A stretch of 63,888 bases of DNA, taken from assembly GCA_051942165.1 (NCBI GenBank), contig JAVECS010000003.1, positions 1 through 63,888 on the forward strand. Reading direction: 5' to 3'. The notes beneath the pieces were generated by a model. The model was not told the origin of the DNA, did no database searches, and saw only the letters and a list, made by a program, of their open reading frames with translations. Every line of letters begins with the position of its first letter. The stretch's first letter is position 1. The stretch is from Circinaria calcarea. Taxonomy: Eukaryota. A program made the position numbers and the translations under genes. Shown piece after piece: positions 39,738 to 51,760 of the stretch.

Positions 39738-42121
39738 ATGTCCGAAGGGAAGGTTGATCCCCCAAAGCCAGGGGTCGTTATTGAGGTTGGTTAACTTTCA
39801 CTCGTCCTCCTCCGTCACCTCACTGAAGTCTACAGGCCCATAATGTCGGTGAGTACGTTGTGGCTCAAAGGGCCAGAAACCGATCTGACTTTGACCTCGG
39901 ACACCTACCATGTCCCCAAGCAAATGTTCGAAAAGCATCCTTCGAAACCCCACCTCGACGGTCTTGATCAGTACAAGCAGATGTACAAAGAGAGCATCGA
40001 AGACCCTGACAGATTCTGGGCCAAGCTTGCCCGTGAACTATTGACGTGGGAAAGAGATTTCCAAACAGTCCGCTCCGGTTCTTTTCTCAATGGAGATACG
40101 GCATGGTTCCTCGAAGGCCGACTGAATGCATCCTACAACTGCGTCGATCGTCATGCTTTCAAAAATCCCGATCAGCCAGCCATTATCTACGAAGCAGACG
40201 AACCGAACGAAGGCCGAGTAATCTCGTACGGAGAGTTGTTACGCGAGGTCTCCAAGCTTTCATATGTACTGAAACAGATGGGTATAAGGAAGGGGGACTC
40301 GGTCGCAATCTACTTGCCTATGATACCCGAGGCATTGATTGCGTTTCTAGCCTGCACGCGGATCGGTGCTGTTCACTCCGTCGTTTTTGCCGGCTTCTCG
40401 TCAGATTCACTACGTGATCGCGTGATAGATGCGCAATCAAAGGTGGTAATTACCAGTGATGAAGGAAAGAGAGGGGGAAAGATTGTCGGGACGAAAAAGA
40501 TCGTCGACGACGCTTTGAAGCAATGTCCCGATGTCAGTCACTGCCTGGTATTCAAGCGGACCGGAGCCGAAGTCCCTTTCACCAAAGGTCGGGACTGGTG
40601 GTGGCATGAGGAGGTTGACAAATACCCAAATTATATCCCGCCTGAGTCCATGAGCTCCGAGGATCCTCTATTCTTATTGTATACCTCGGGGTCGACAGGT
40701 AAGCCAAAGGGTGTCATGCATACCACTGGTGGATACCTTTTAGGCGCAGCCGCAACCGGGAAATATGTCTTCGATATACATGATTCGGACAAGTTTTTCT
40801 GCGGCGGCGACGTCGGTTGGATTACTGGACATACATATGTAGTCTATGCGCCCCTGTTGCTAGGGGTTGCTACTGTGGTGTTTGAAGGGACTCCGGCGTA
40901 CCCCAACTTCTCACGTTACTGGGAGGTCATCGATAAACATCAAGTGACGCAGTTTTATGTCGCACCTACAGCCTTAAGATTGCTGAAGCGAGCGGGCGAT
41001 TCCCATGCAAAGCATCCCATGAAACATCTCCGAGTTCTAGGTTCTGTCGGTGAACCCATCGCTGCCGAAGTCTGGAAGTGGTATTTTGAGATCGTTGGAA
41101 AGGAGGAAGCACACGTTGTCGATGTAAGACTTCTCTTTTACTTGAAAAATTACCTCGGAGCTGACCTTGATCAAGACGTACTGGCAAACCGAGACCGGGT
41201 CTCACGTGATTACGCCTTTAGGAGGTGTTACCCCCACCAAGCCTGGGAGTGCATCACTGCCTTTCTTTGGAATCGAACCTGCAATCATCGACCCAGTTTC
41301 GGGAGAAGAGATACATGGAAATGACGTCGAAGGTGTTCTGGCAATTAAGAAGCCCTGGCCAAGTATGGCTCGAACGGTGTGGGGTGCCCATAAGCGATAC
41401 ATGGATACATATTTGAACGTGTATAAAGGCTACTATGTACACATCTGTTCTGATCTTCCGAGAAAATGATGGTAGGCTAACAAAGGATAGTTTACCGGAG
41501 ATGGTGCTGGACGGGATCACGAAGGCTACTACTGGATTCGGGGCCGGGTAGACGACGTAGTAAATGTTTCAGGGCATCGCTTATCCACGGCAGAGATAGA
41601 GGCAGCGCTCATTGAGCATCGTGGGTGTAGCAAAGCCGACAGTCAACCTACCAAGACTAACCTTGCATAGATCAAGTTGCAGAAGCCGCGGTAGTCGGAG
41701 TCAGTGACGAGCTCACCGGTCAGGCTGTGAATGCCTTTGTCTCCTTGAAAGACGGTGCGGAGATGAACGACCAAATCCGCAAAGATCTCATCCTCCAAGT
41801 TCGGAAATCAATTGGGCCATTTGCAGCTCCGAAAGTAGTTTTCATTGTGCAAGATCTCCCCAAGACTAGGTATACAACGGCCTTTTCTGTAAATTTGTGC
41901 AAGCCTAACAGAACGCAGGAGTGGTAAGATCATGAGGCGTATCCTCCGTAAGATTGTTGCCGGTGAGGAAGACTCACTGGGAGACACCTCTACGGTGAGT
42001 TTGACGACTATTCTGCCGTCGACTAAGAGCATGCTGACCTGCTTACCTGCTTACCTAGCTGTCCGACCCGGCCGTGGTTGACCAGATTATCGAAAAAGTC
42101 CACTCTTCACGGAGAAAGTGA
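39738..42121 (+). CDS. facA: Acetyl-CoA synthetase (AMP-forming); multi-exon
   Basis: [49 protein letters not shown] and [12 protein letters not shown]; ends VHSSRRK*. Confidence 0.97.
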
Positions 42122-44169
42122 GAGGATGGGTTTTATTCAAGGTGTACGCCTCGAGAGGTTAGCCAGGTAGCCATTTTGATCACGGACCGAGGAGGCGTTA
42201 CGGTTATGTTCAACGTTCCAAGGGATTCAATCTGTGGCGTCTAATCTTAAGGCACGATGAGATTGACGGCTCCGCGGGCCGGAAGTCGAATGGCAGTTTT
42301 ATTGTTTAACGTGTAATGGATTCGATGCTAAATTCTGATCTAACTGTGCTCTGCAGTAAGGCATAATGCTAATTTCCGAACCCTTTCGCACACGAAGTGC
42401 ATTTCGGCCATCGGCCTATGTATCTATCTTCCTTGTATCTCCCTTCTCCCTTCTCCCTCCCTGCCGTCTAGAGCCGAGGGAACATGATACTGGCACGCAT
42501 TCAATTCTAGCGCTCGCTCACAATGAGCCCGTGAATTACTGTACTCTCCCCCGGGATGCCAGCCCACCGACTAAACCTTCGCCATTCTTTCCCACTTTCT
42601 CTTGCCCTTGGGTGCGCCGTTCTGGTTCTCTCCGTCTGACCTCTTCTCTCTTTGGTCGGTTCGGAGTTTTCCCTGTCTTGCGTAAAACGGTAGTCCTGGG
42701 TTTCTTCTCCTGAGCAGCCTACTTTATTCTTTGCCATTGCACTGCTAGTTGCTTTTCACCGCCTGGACTTTGAATACCGAGCGATTTCAGGGTTAGAGGT
42801 ACGCGTATATGCTTTCTTGCAGCTTGCTGCCGAAGATGTGTTGTAGATGGCGGATGGAGGACGGAAATGATAACACGGCGGACCTCAACTATACCTTCTC
42901 GGCCCATACTCTGATGGTTTTACCACCGACGATGAACGCATATTCTTATAGTAGCTCAATAGTAATATCATCTGGGAGTGGCTTTTCCGTAGGGCAGCTA
43001 AACCAGCACCTTGAGAGATTCAGGATTAGATTAGGAAATTGCTCGTAGACCTTTCCTCCATGCGGCGGCCAGGCAAAAGGTAGTTGTGTGATGTACTCCT
43101 CGCGACTTGGTTGGCTTGGCTTATCCCCATGATTGCGGCGATAGTCGCATTGTAATAAAAAAATTTCGACAGGTTATATGTACAAAGGAGAACAGGCCAT
43201 GCCACGTACTATAAGACGGCCCACCGCGGTCAAAATAAGAACAATGCAGACGCGGTCACTGATGCAAATGTTTGCCGATTTCATTGGCTCAGGATATTTG
43301 GAAATGCTGTTAGGGATCTCTGGGAAGCAGCTCCTCTCAGGCTTGAAAGACAGTCAACGGGAGATGTGACTCTCATGAAACACGAGATGATCTGGTCCCC
43401 TTAACGCCGATGACTAATCGCTTCTCGTTGGCTGAAGTCGCTCGAGGGCAATGGAACGGTAACAAATTGAAATGCAAGAGGCACGATGCACCCTGCAGGA
43501 CGCAGCATTTTAGGAGTGGTAGGAGTGAATGGATCTTCTGGTTGCCTGGACAGCGTCTCGCATGGTCTTCCTACCCATCCTTCTCTACGTTTCCGAAGGC
43601 GGGGAAGACGTAGCAATCGATGCCAACATTACAATGGCAACGTTGCTGCTGAGGAGCGTCGGGAGTAAATAAATCAATATCTAATCAGTAATCAGTACGA
43701 TAGAGTAAGAGTGGAGAGTTCGGAGGTGGAGTAACTCTAAGCCGCGGCTTCGGCCTCGGCCTCTCCGCCTCAGCCGCAGCCGCGTAATACATGGAAGCAA
43801 AGGAAGGGCCGCTTGTGAGGAGGGTGCGTGCTTGGCGCTTACGATCGAGGACTACACTGATGGACTACTCCGGACTGTGCTGTGGTACGTCAAAATCGCC
43901 CCATGCAACGCCATCCCTCGTATCTCACCATTCGTGATGCGGCCTCGACCTCATCCTCCTTCACACCTACTCCGTACCGCTCCCTTTCATCTCTCCGACC
44001 GACCCACCTACATCCTCTTCCTCTCCCTCTTCCTCTTCTCCATGAGTGCCCATTTCCCGACCTTTTGCATCTTCTAGGGCGCATTTCCTTATCCGAGTGT
44101 CCTTCATTCGCTTACTGCTGCTCGTTCCTTTGTCCTTGCAGTCGCCGACTCGGCTCGCTTCCCCTCGTT

Positions 44170-46643
44170 ATGCTATTCCCGTGGCGGCTATCGACATTCA
44201 TCCTCATCATTTCATCGATTCATGATATTGCACATGGTGAGCCGTATTGGTAGTCCTGTCTACTCGGTGATCCGTTGACTGATCGCTTGGACAGCTCACT
44301 CGCGAAGCCGCAATCCTCTCGATTACCTCGCTCTGATTGAAAACCCGACCATCCTAACGCCCTCTCACCGTGTACATTCTTCGTCAAGCTTCGACATAAT
44401 CTTCAACCTCCACCGAAGACAGCAGAAGATCAAACTAAGTCTTGAACCGAGTCATGGCATCGTAGCCGAGGGTGCGTCAGTCGAGTACTTAGATGCCGCA
44501 GGTAGCGTGACAAGAACCGAACCCATCGATCGCAGAGAGCATAGGATCTTCAAAGGTTACACGTGGTTAGAACAGTCGGATGGTAGTTGGACCAACGTCG
44601 GATGGGCCAGGATATCAGTGAGGAAGGACGGGATAGACCCGCTCTTTGAAGGCGCCTTCACCGTCTCACATGATCATCACCATGTCCAACTCCGCTCAAG
44701 CTATATGCAAACGAAGCACGAGCTGGACCCAATTTTGGAAAGCAGCCTAGATGAACACATGGTTATCTTCCGGGATTCCGACATTGGTCAACCGCGACAC
44801 GGCGAGTTGAAGCGATCTCTGGGAGACAAATCGTCCTGCTCGGCCCACCAATTGGTTTTCAATACAGACCCATCTCATCCAGTATTTGCGCCGGACTTGA
44901 AGCGGGAGACTAGCTCGTGGGGTGCCATGCCAATACATTCGCTGTTTGGAAAGAGACGGATCGATAGTAACCCTACAAGCGGCAATTCAGGGGTTATCAA
45001 CCTCAGCTCGACCATTGGCAGTACGAATGGGTGTCCTTCCACTAGAAAGGTTGCACTTATTGGCGTGGCGACAGACTGTTCCTACACCGCTTCTTTTAGT
45101 ACCGCCGACGAAGCACGGCAGAATGTTATTACCCAGATAAACTCCGCCTCAGAAGTCTACGAAAATACGTTCAACATCACGCTGGGACTTCAAAACCTTA
45201 CTGTGAGCGATAGCAATTGTCCCGGCTCCCCTCCGGCGGCCGCACCGTGGAATATTGGGTGCAGTGGAAACACCACACTTACGGATCGGTTGAATATCTT
45301 TTCTCAGTGGCGGGGTGAAAGAAATGACTCCAATGCATTCTGGACGCTTCTCACAAGGTGCTCCACTGGAGCTGAAGTTGGTTTGGCCTGGCTTGGCCAA
45401 GCTTGTGTGACCGACATCACTCAGGGTCAGGGTGAGACCGTAAGTGGCGCCAATGTGGTAGCAAGAACATCGACAGAGTGGCAGGTCATTGCACACGAAT
45501 CCGGTCACACTTTTGGCGCTGTCCATGATTGTGATAGTCAGACGTGCAGCAACGGCAACACCGTCAATGCTCAGCAGTGCTGCCCAAAAAGTAGCTCGAC
45601 CTGCGATGCCAGCGGTCAATTTATTATGAATCCTTCAACCGGCTCTAGCATTTCCCAATTCAGTCCTTGTACGGTTGGAAATATATGCTCGGCTTTCCTC
45701 CGTAATAGCGTCAAGTCGAGTTGTCTCGCAGATAATAGGGGTGTCACTACAATATCAGGGAATCAATGTGGCAATGGGATTGTTGAAGAGGGCGAGGATT
45801 GTGACTGCGGGGACGCTGCAAGCTGTGCCAATAACCAGTGCTGCGACCCGGGAACCTGCAGGTTCAGGAACAATGCTGTCTGCGATGACTCCAACGAGGA
45901 TTGCTGTAGAGGCTGTCAATTTGCCTCGTCCGGGACAATATGCAGAGCCAGCACGGGCGTGTGCGATCCGGAAGAAACGTGTTCTGGTACCAATGCTACT
46001 TGTCCACCGGACCAGACCGCCCCGACCGGTCAAAGCTGTGGAGACTCTCTGCAATGTGCGAGTGGTCAGTGCACTTCTCGAGATCTGCAGTGCAAGACCC
46101 TCATGGGCTCCTTCACAACGAACAATGACACGTACGCATGCAACAGTCAAGACTGCACCTTGTCTTGCGCTTCTCCTTCATTTGGTCCAGGGACCTGTTA
46201 TAGTATGCAGCAGAACTTCTTGGACGGTACTCCGTGTGGCGGGGGTGGCACCTGCTCCAATGTAAGTACATCTGATAATCTCGTGAGAATACCGATTCCT
46301 AATTGTCCTCTCGCAGGGCCAATGCAGGGGGTCTTCAACCCTCAGGGAAGTAGGATCGTGGTTAAGCGACAACAAACCACTTGTCATAGGGGTTGCTTCT
46401 GGTATTGGTGGTCTCATCCTTCTCTCCATCCTCGGATGTATCATTCGACGGTGCAGGCGGCCTAGAAAAGCCGCGAAATCAAGGTCAAACAGAGGTCCGC
46501 CAGTGCACCAGGCTTGGCCTCAACACACCGGCGGATGGGGAGGCAGCAGAAGGTCCTGGCAGCATCAGCCGCAACCACCATCGGCGCCACCCCCTTATGC
46601 TGGGTACGGTGGCTATCCCCAATCGAGTGTTAGATATGCATGA
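44170..46643 (+). CDS. ADAM-family (reprolysin/disintegrin) membrane metalloprotease
   Basis: Signal peptide; zinc site HESGHTFGAVHD with Met-turn FIMNP; disintegrin CGNGIVEEGEDCDCG; Cys-rich region. After intron 46262-46316 come a TM helix and a cytoplasmic tail ending SVRYA*. Confidence 0.93.
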
Positions 46644-47192
46644 GTATTTGGATAACGAATGACGGAACGAGTACTGCATTGGATGGCGTTGGCACGGGAA
46701 AGTTATACCCTTAGATAGCTGGGCAGGGAGGCACCGGTAGGTTTTGAATTAGTGGCAAGCAAAGCGCGTCACCTTCTTGTTGGGAGGGGAAGTTATCATG
46801 ATGCAAACAGAGCATGGCGACAAATTTCCAGGCGAGGAACGGCATATCCGGTAGTTATTATCATGGTATGACGAAACCATACTACCACCATTGGAGTCTT
46901 GACGACTTCGGTACAAATACACTAGAATGATAGACGTACAGACTCTCCACAATTTTGATGACTGTTCCTCTGCTCTAGATGTATGATGTAAAATTAAATC
47001 CTTAGTTACCACACATTACCATTAACCAGTAGGTCCGATGGTCGCCATGCTAGGTATCGGTACTACTCAGCCATGGGCAATCCAGATATAGTGGGTTTGC
47101 TTGCAGAGGGTTTTCTCCTGCATTTCCTACTTTAGTCTTATCGGAATCTTCTATGGGCGTCGTCGTACCTCAAGAGAATCTAGTTCCACATC

Positions 47193-49271
47193 ATGATTCC
47201 CTCCTTCCCACGACTGTCAACCGCCTCCATCTCCGGATGTAGGAGCAGTCTCCGGATCGCCTCTGCACGACGCCAACTCTGTCAGTCTTCGGCATCGAGC
47301 TGGGCAAGGCCTGTAGTGGCTGATAACCACCTCTCCCAGCTCAAAGTCAATCGAGATCGGCTCATAAACGACATTCACCATACATGCCAGTGGGGACCAG
47401 GCGAAAGATGGGGCGAGTACGTGATCTTGCGATTTCTAAACCCTCTTTGTTCCTTTCGTGTAGCATGCATATACAACTTGGTCCTGTTACTCGCAGTTCT
47501 CTCTTAATAGGATGCTCTACTTTGATGCTTCGGTTCTATTTCATCCTATGCTACAACAGCGAGACCCAATCTTACATGTATTCCTCGAAGTGGTGAAAAC
47601 GACACCGGCATGTCCAGGTTAGCTCTCTCTGACGCCGACCGAGACGCGCGAAACTGGTTTGTGGAGACGACAAAGCAGCTAGGCTGTAAGGTCACTATTG
47701 ACGCAATGGGAAACACCTTTGCGGTTCGTCCTGGCAGGCAAGCAGCTCCACCGACCTGCGCCGGCTCTCACCTTGATACTCAGCCGAGCGGAGGCCGTTA
47801 TGTGTGTGCTATGCATATCCGTTGTCTCAGCTGACCATTACTGATTGGGCACAGGATGGGATTCTTGGTGTATGTGCCGGAGTAGAGTTGTTACGGGTTC
47901 TACATGACGAGAAGATCGAAACCGAGTATCCAATCGGCGTGATCAACTGGACAAAGTAGGTATTAGGGCGAGAGCCACGCCCGTACACTATCCTCTCATG
48001 CATCATTGTTGAGCCAGTGCTGCAGCGAAGAAGGAGCTCGGTTCCCTATCAGCATGGTCTCATCCGGAGTCTGGGCAGGCGAAATAAACTTGGATAGGGC
48101 CCACAACCTCAGAGAAGTCGGTGGCGGTTTCCGCACCATGAAGCAGGAGCTCGAAAGAATTGGCTACCTCGGAGAGACTGCCGCAAGCTATGAAGCGATG
48201 CCGATTGGCGTGAGTCAAGTTCCGCCGACTCTCAAGTTCTACTGAAAGTAGATAGGCACATTTTGAACTGCACATAGGTACGCCTTGGACATAGAAGTCC
48301 CTGTGAGAGGTAGATTCGAAAAAGTCTCGTTGAGCCGCAAAACACAGTCTGTCCCGTAACTATTGATTTCTTGCAATCTTTAAGACCCTAAAGGACGACT
48401 ATATATGTGGATACTTATCTTTCTATTCCACCTAGAGCAGGGTCCACGTTTGGAAAGCAAAAACCAAAAGATTGGCATCGTACAAGGCGTAAGCAAGCCG
48501 TTCACCGCCATACCTACAGCCAGATGACAGATACTGAACCACTAGCAGGTTCAAGCGTATCGATGGCACTCAATCACAGTAAAAGGCCGAGACTGCCACA
48601 CAGGCACAACGGACTTTGCCAACCGCGCAGACGCAATGCTCGCTGCAGCCACGATGATCTGCCACTCCCGCGACATAGCGAGCAAACACTCGGCTCTAGC
48701 AAGTACTGGCATCCTTACCCTGAAGCCTGGAAGCGTAAATACCGTTCCAGGAACTGTTCAATTCAGCTTGGACATCAGAGCTAGTGAAGATGATCGCCTG
48801 ATGGAGATGGAACGAGAGCTTGTGGCCGTTTTTGATAGGATAGCCAAGGGGGCTAGTCGAGATAAAGACACCGTAGGTCTTTCGTGTCAGGTGGAGTGGC
48901 AGCTGGATGCCCCGAGCAAAGCAGTCAAGTTTCACCCAGACTGCATCAGGTGCGTGAGAGAGAGTAGCATGGGGCTGTTTGGGGGTCAAACCGCACGTTT
49001 GACGCAGAGTATGACATCAGGAGCAGGTACGTCGTTGTCTTCACATCCCGGAGCATGGACGTATCAATGACCTTGACGGGTTTTAGGACATGACAGTGTT
49101 TTCACCGGCAAACAAGTCCCGACCTCGATGATCTTCGTGCCTTGCAAGGACGGCATCTCGCATAATCCAGCCGAATACTGTGCTCCTGGGGACTGTGCGA
49201 ATGGGGCTCAGATCTTGATGGGCGCTGTGCTCCGGTACGATGATCTTCGGGCCCAGCGAGCTGGTTTGTAG
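47193..49271 (+). CDS. Beta-alanine synthase / N-carbamoyl-amino acid amidohydrolase (M20 family, Pyd3-like); many short exons
   Basis: GSHLDTQPSGGRY|DGILGV, NWT|SEEGARF, AHFELHIEQGP, DCHTGTT and SGA|GHDS..MIFVPCKDGISHNPAEY. Confidence 0.92.
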
Positions 49272-49878
49272 CTTGTGAAGCTTGGGAAAATCACGGACAG
49301 CGGATTGATAACACGGAAGAGGGCTTAGATCACCCGAGATAATGCTATTACGCTGTCGGCCCATGAGCCGTGAGAAAGTCTTTTGCCATATTTGTTTGGC
49401 ATGTGTAATCATTAGAGGAGAGGAAGACGCAGTTTAAGATTGAGAAGATATATAAAAGATATATAGTATCCAGAATATTCCATTTATTGGTATGTCTCAT
49501 GGTATCGATCGACGAGGACATCGGAATGATCAGAATGGCTTCGTGCACGCGGAAATAAGCGCAAGTCATATCTCTTACATGCGTTCATTTCTCTAGAGCC
49601 ATAGAGAAATACTCAACAGGAACTACACTTGGGAAGTGACACGGCAGTTCAAGTCAGGTCACATGCAATATCTAGCTCATGTGCTTAAGCAGGATTCTGT
49701 GCCCTCTAGTGTAAGAATCCGTAAGACGGAAAACCTACTCATATAAGCTTGATTATCGAGACCTGAGCTGCGCTATCTTTGTGTTGCCTTATGGAGCTTC
49801 TTCAACTCAGGTTCAGACGTTGTCGAGACTGCTTGGTACCCATTGAGTGGTGACAGGTTCAAATTGTGGAACTGTCGT

Positions 49879-50545
49879 CTAGGAAGGGGGAGCGCCACGA
49901 CCTCTCCCAAAACCACCACGGAACTGAGGAGCGAACTCGCCCGGCGCACCGCCCTCTTTGCCCTCCCCAGCATCACGTCTCCTGTATCCGCCCTCACGAT
50001 CTCCACGATCCCCACGGGGAGCTCCGCGTCCACCTGGACGACGCTCACGGTCGCCATCACCGCCCATCATACCTTTTGGTGGCGCATGAGAACGCTGCTG
50101 CTTGATGTGCGTTGCGGGGACGATTTCAGCGGGGAGGTGAAGCCATTCTCGGAGGTAATCGAGTCCTTCGGGAGTAAGTGTGTAGTAGTACCATTGCCAT
50201 GAAAACTGAGTCTTGAGATAACCGCAGGAGGTCAGGGATTGGCAAGCTTTGACGACCTGGCTGCTGAATTAGTTTGCTGGTAGAGAGGGAGCGAGTAGGA
50301 TGACCAACGTAGAGGTTCTTTGTGTCAATCTCATTGTGCTTTGGGAGGTTAAAGTCCTTTTTGGCGGTAGCCACTCCCTCTGTGCTGTAGGGTAAGTAAA
50401 CTTGCCCAGCAAAGCATATGGAATGTCGCATTCGGGCTCACCGCGGAAGAGGTACTCATGAATCTTCTTTCGATCTGCTTTGGGAATCAGCCTGCATGGG
50501 CGTTAGCTGAGTTTTTATGGTGTTTAGAACAAGGTTCAACTACAT
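49879..50545 (-). CDS. RPS10: 40S ribosomal protein eS10
   Basis: AT|G start split by intron 50543-50492, then [31 protein letters not shown] and [17 protein letters not shown]. Confidence 0.97.
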
Positions 50546-50866
50546 GGCGGCGAGTTCCTGTCGTGAATCGGGGAATCGCTTTCTACCAAATGCTCTTCGT
50601 ATGTCAGTGTTGGGGTGGAATGCAGATTATAAATTAGCAGAATAATTGAATGTGGGAGCCAGCAGCAAGCGAGAGATTAATGCGCTAGGCTAGTTTTAGT
50701 GGAGGCTTTGAGTTGGACTTCACTTGCAGTTACTTTGGTATTCTCCTCCACAATCCATAACTCCCTTGCGAAATTCAGCTTGTGGTCCTACTGATGGTAG
50801 TAACATTCAGCACTTCAATCTCAAACACCTGAAAGCCAATAAGAATACTGCATTTTCATATTCAAG

Positions 50867-51760
50867 ATGGCGCCCACGATGATCAACGTCCTCTTGACAT
50901 CTTTTCCGGGCCTCAATCTGCCATCTACTCTATCTGTGCCTGTATTAGCGTCCACCCCTATATCAGATCTGACCTCGCAGCTTGTGGATCGCCTCCCGAA
51001 AACAAACAGTCGCTTCATTATCACGACTAACTCGAATAGAGAGCTGCCGTCTTCTTCGTCAGCGCCAGTATCATCACTGTTGCCAAATGGTAATGACTCG
51101 TTCCTACCTCTACGTGTTTCCCTACCCCTTTGCGGTGGCAAGGGTGGGTTTGGTTCACAGCTACGAGCCGCAGGCGGTCGCATGTCCTCCAAACGTAAGA
51201 AGAACCAAGGAGAAAACAATGGCTCAAATCGTAACCTAGACGGACGGCGATTGAGGACAGTTACGGAAGCGAAAGCTCTGGCAGAATACCTAGCACTAAA
51301 GCCCGATATGGAGAAGAAGGAAAAAGAGACGAGAAGAAAACGGTGGGAGCAGGTGGTAGAACTGGCAGAGAGGAGGGAAGAGGAAATCAAGAATGGATCG
51401 AAGGGTAAGGTCGACGGGAGGTGGGTAGAAGACAAGGAAGAAGCGGGGGAGAGAACGCGAGAAGCAGTGGTAGCAGCAATGAAATCTGGGAACTACAGGG
51501 ACAATTTACTAAGTACTTCAGATGGGAGTTCTGGTGGCGCATCAGGAAGTGCAAGTGGGGGCAGTGAAGAAGATGAGATGGATGGTCTGGACTCGGCAGC
51601 GAGAGAGCTATCACCAGCGTCAAAAGCCAAGGCATCATCTACACGCACATACTTTGGTTTCGATGAGGATGATGAGTTCATGAGTGATGACGACGCCGAA
51701 AACGAGTCTGGCGATGAGGGAACAATGATCAAGGAAGCTATCAGGGGTGCTAAAGGATAA
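50867..51760 (+). CDS. SDE2: Ubiquitin-fold splicing/silencing regulator Sde2
   Basis: [19 protein letters not shown] cleavage motif (GG|KGG) and [13 protein letters not shown]. Confidence 0.93.
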   Translation: MAPTMINVLLTSFPGLNLPSTLSVPVLASTPISDLTSQLVDRLPKTNSRFIITTNSNRELPSSSSAPVSSLLPNGNDSFLPLRVSLPLCGGKGGFGSQLRAAGGRMSSKRKKNQGENNGSNRNLDGRRLRTVTEAKALAEYLALKPDMEKKEKETRRKRWEQVVELAERREEEIKNGSKGKVDGRWVEDKEEAGERTREAVVAAMKSGNYRDNLLSTSDGSSGGASGSASGGSEEDEMDGLDSAARELSPASKAKASSTRTYFGFDEDDEFMSDDDAENESGDEGTMIKEAIRGAKG

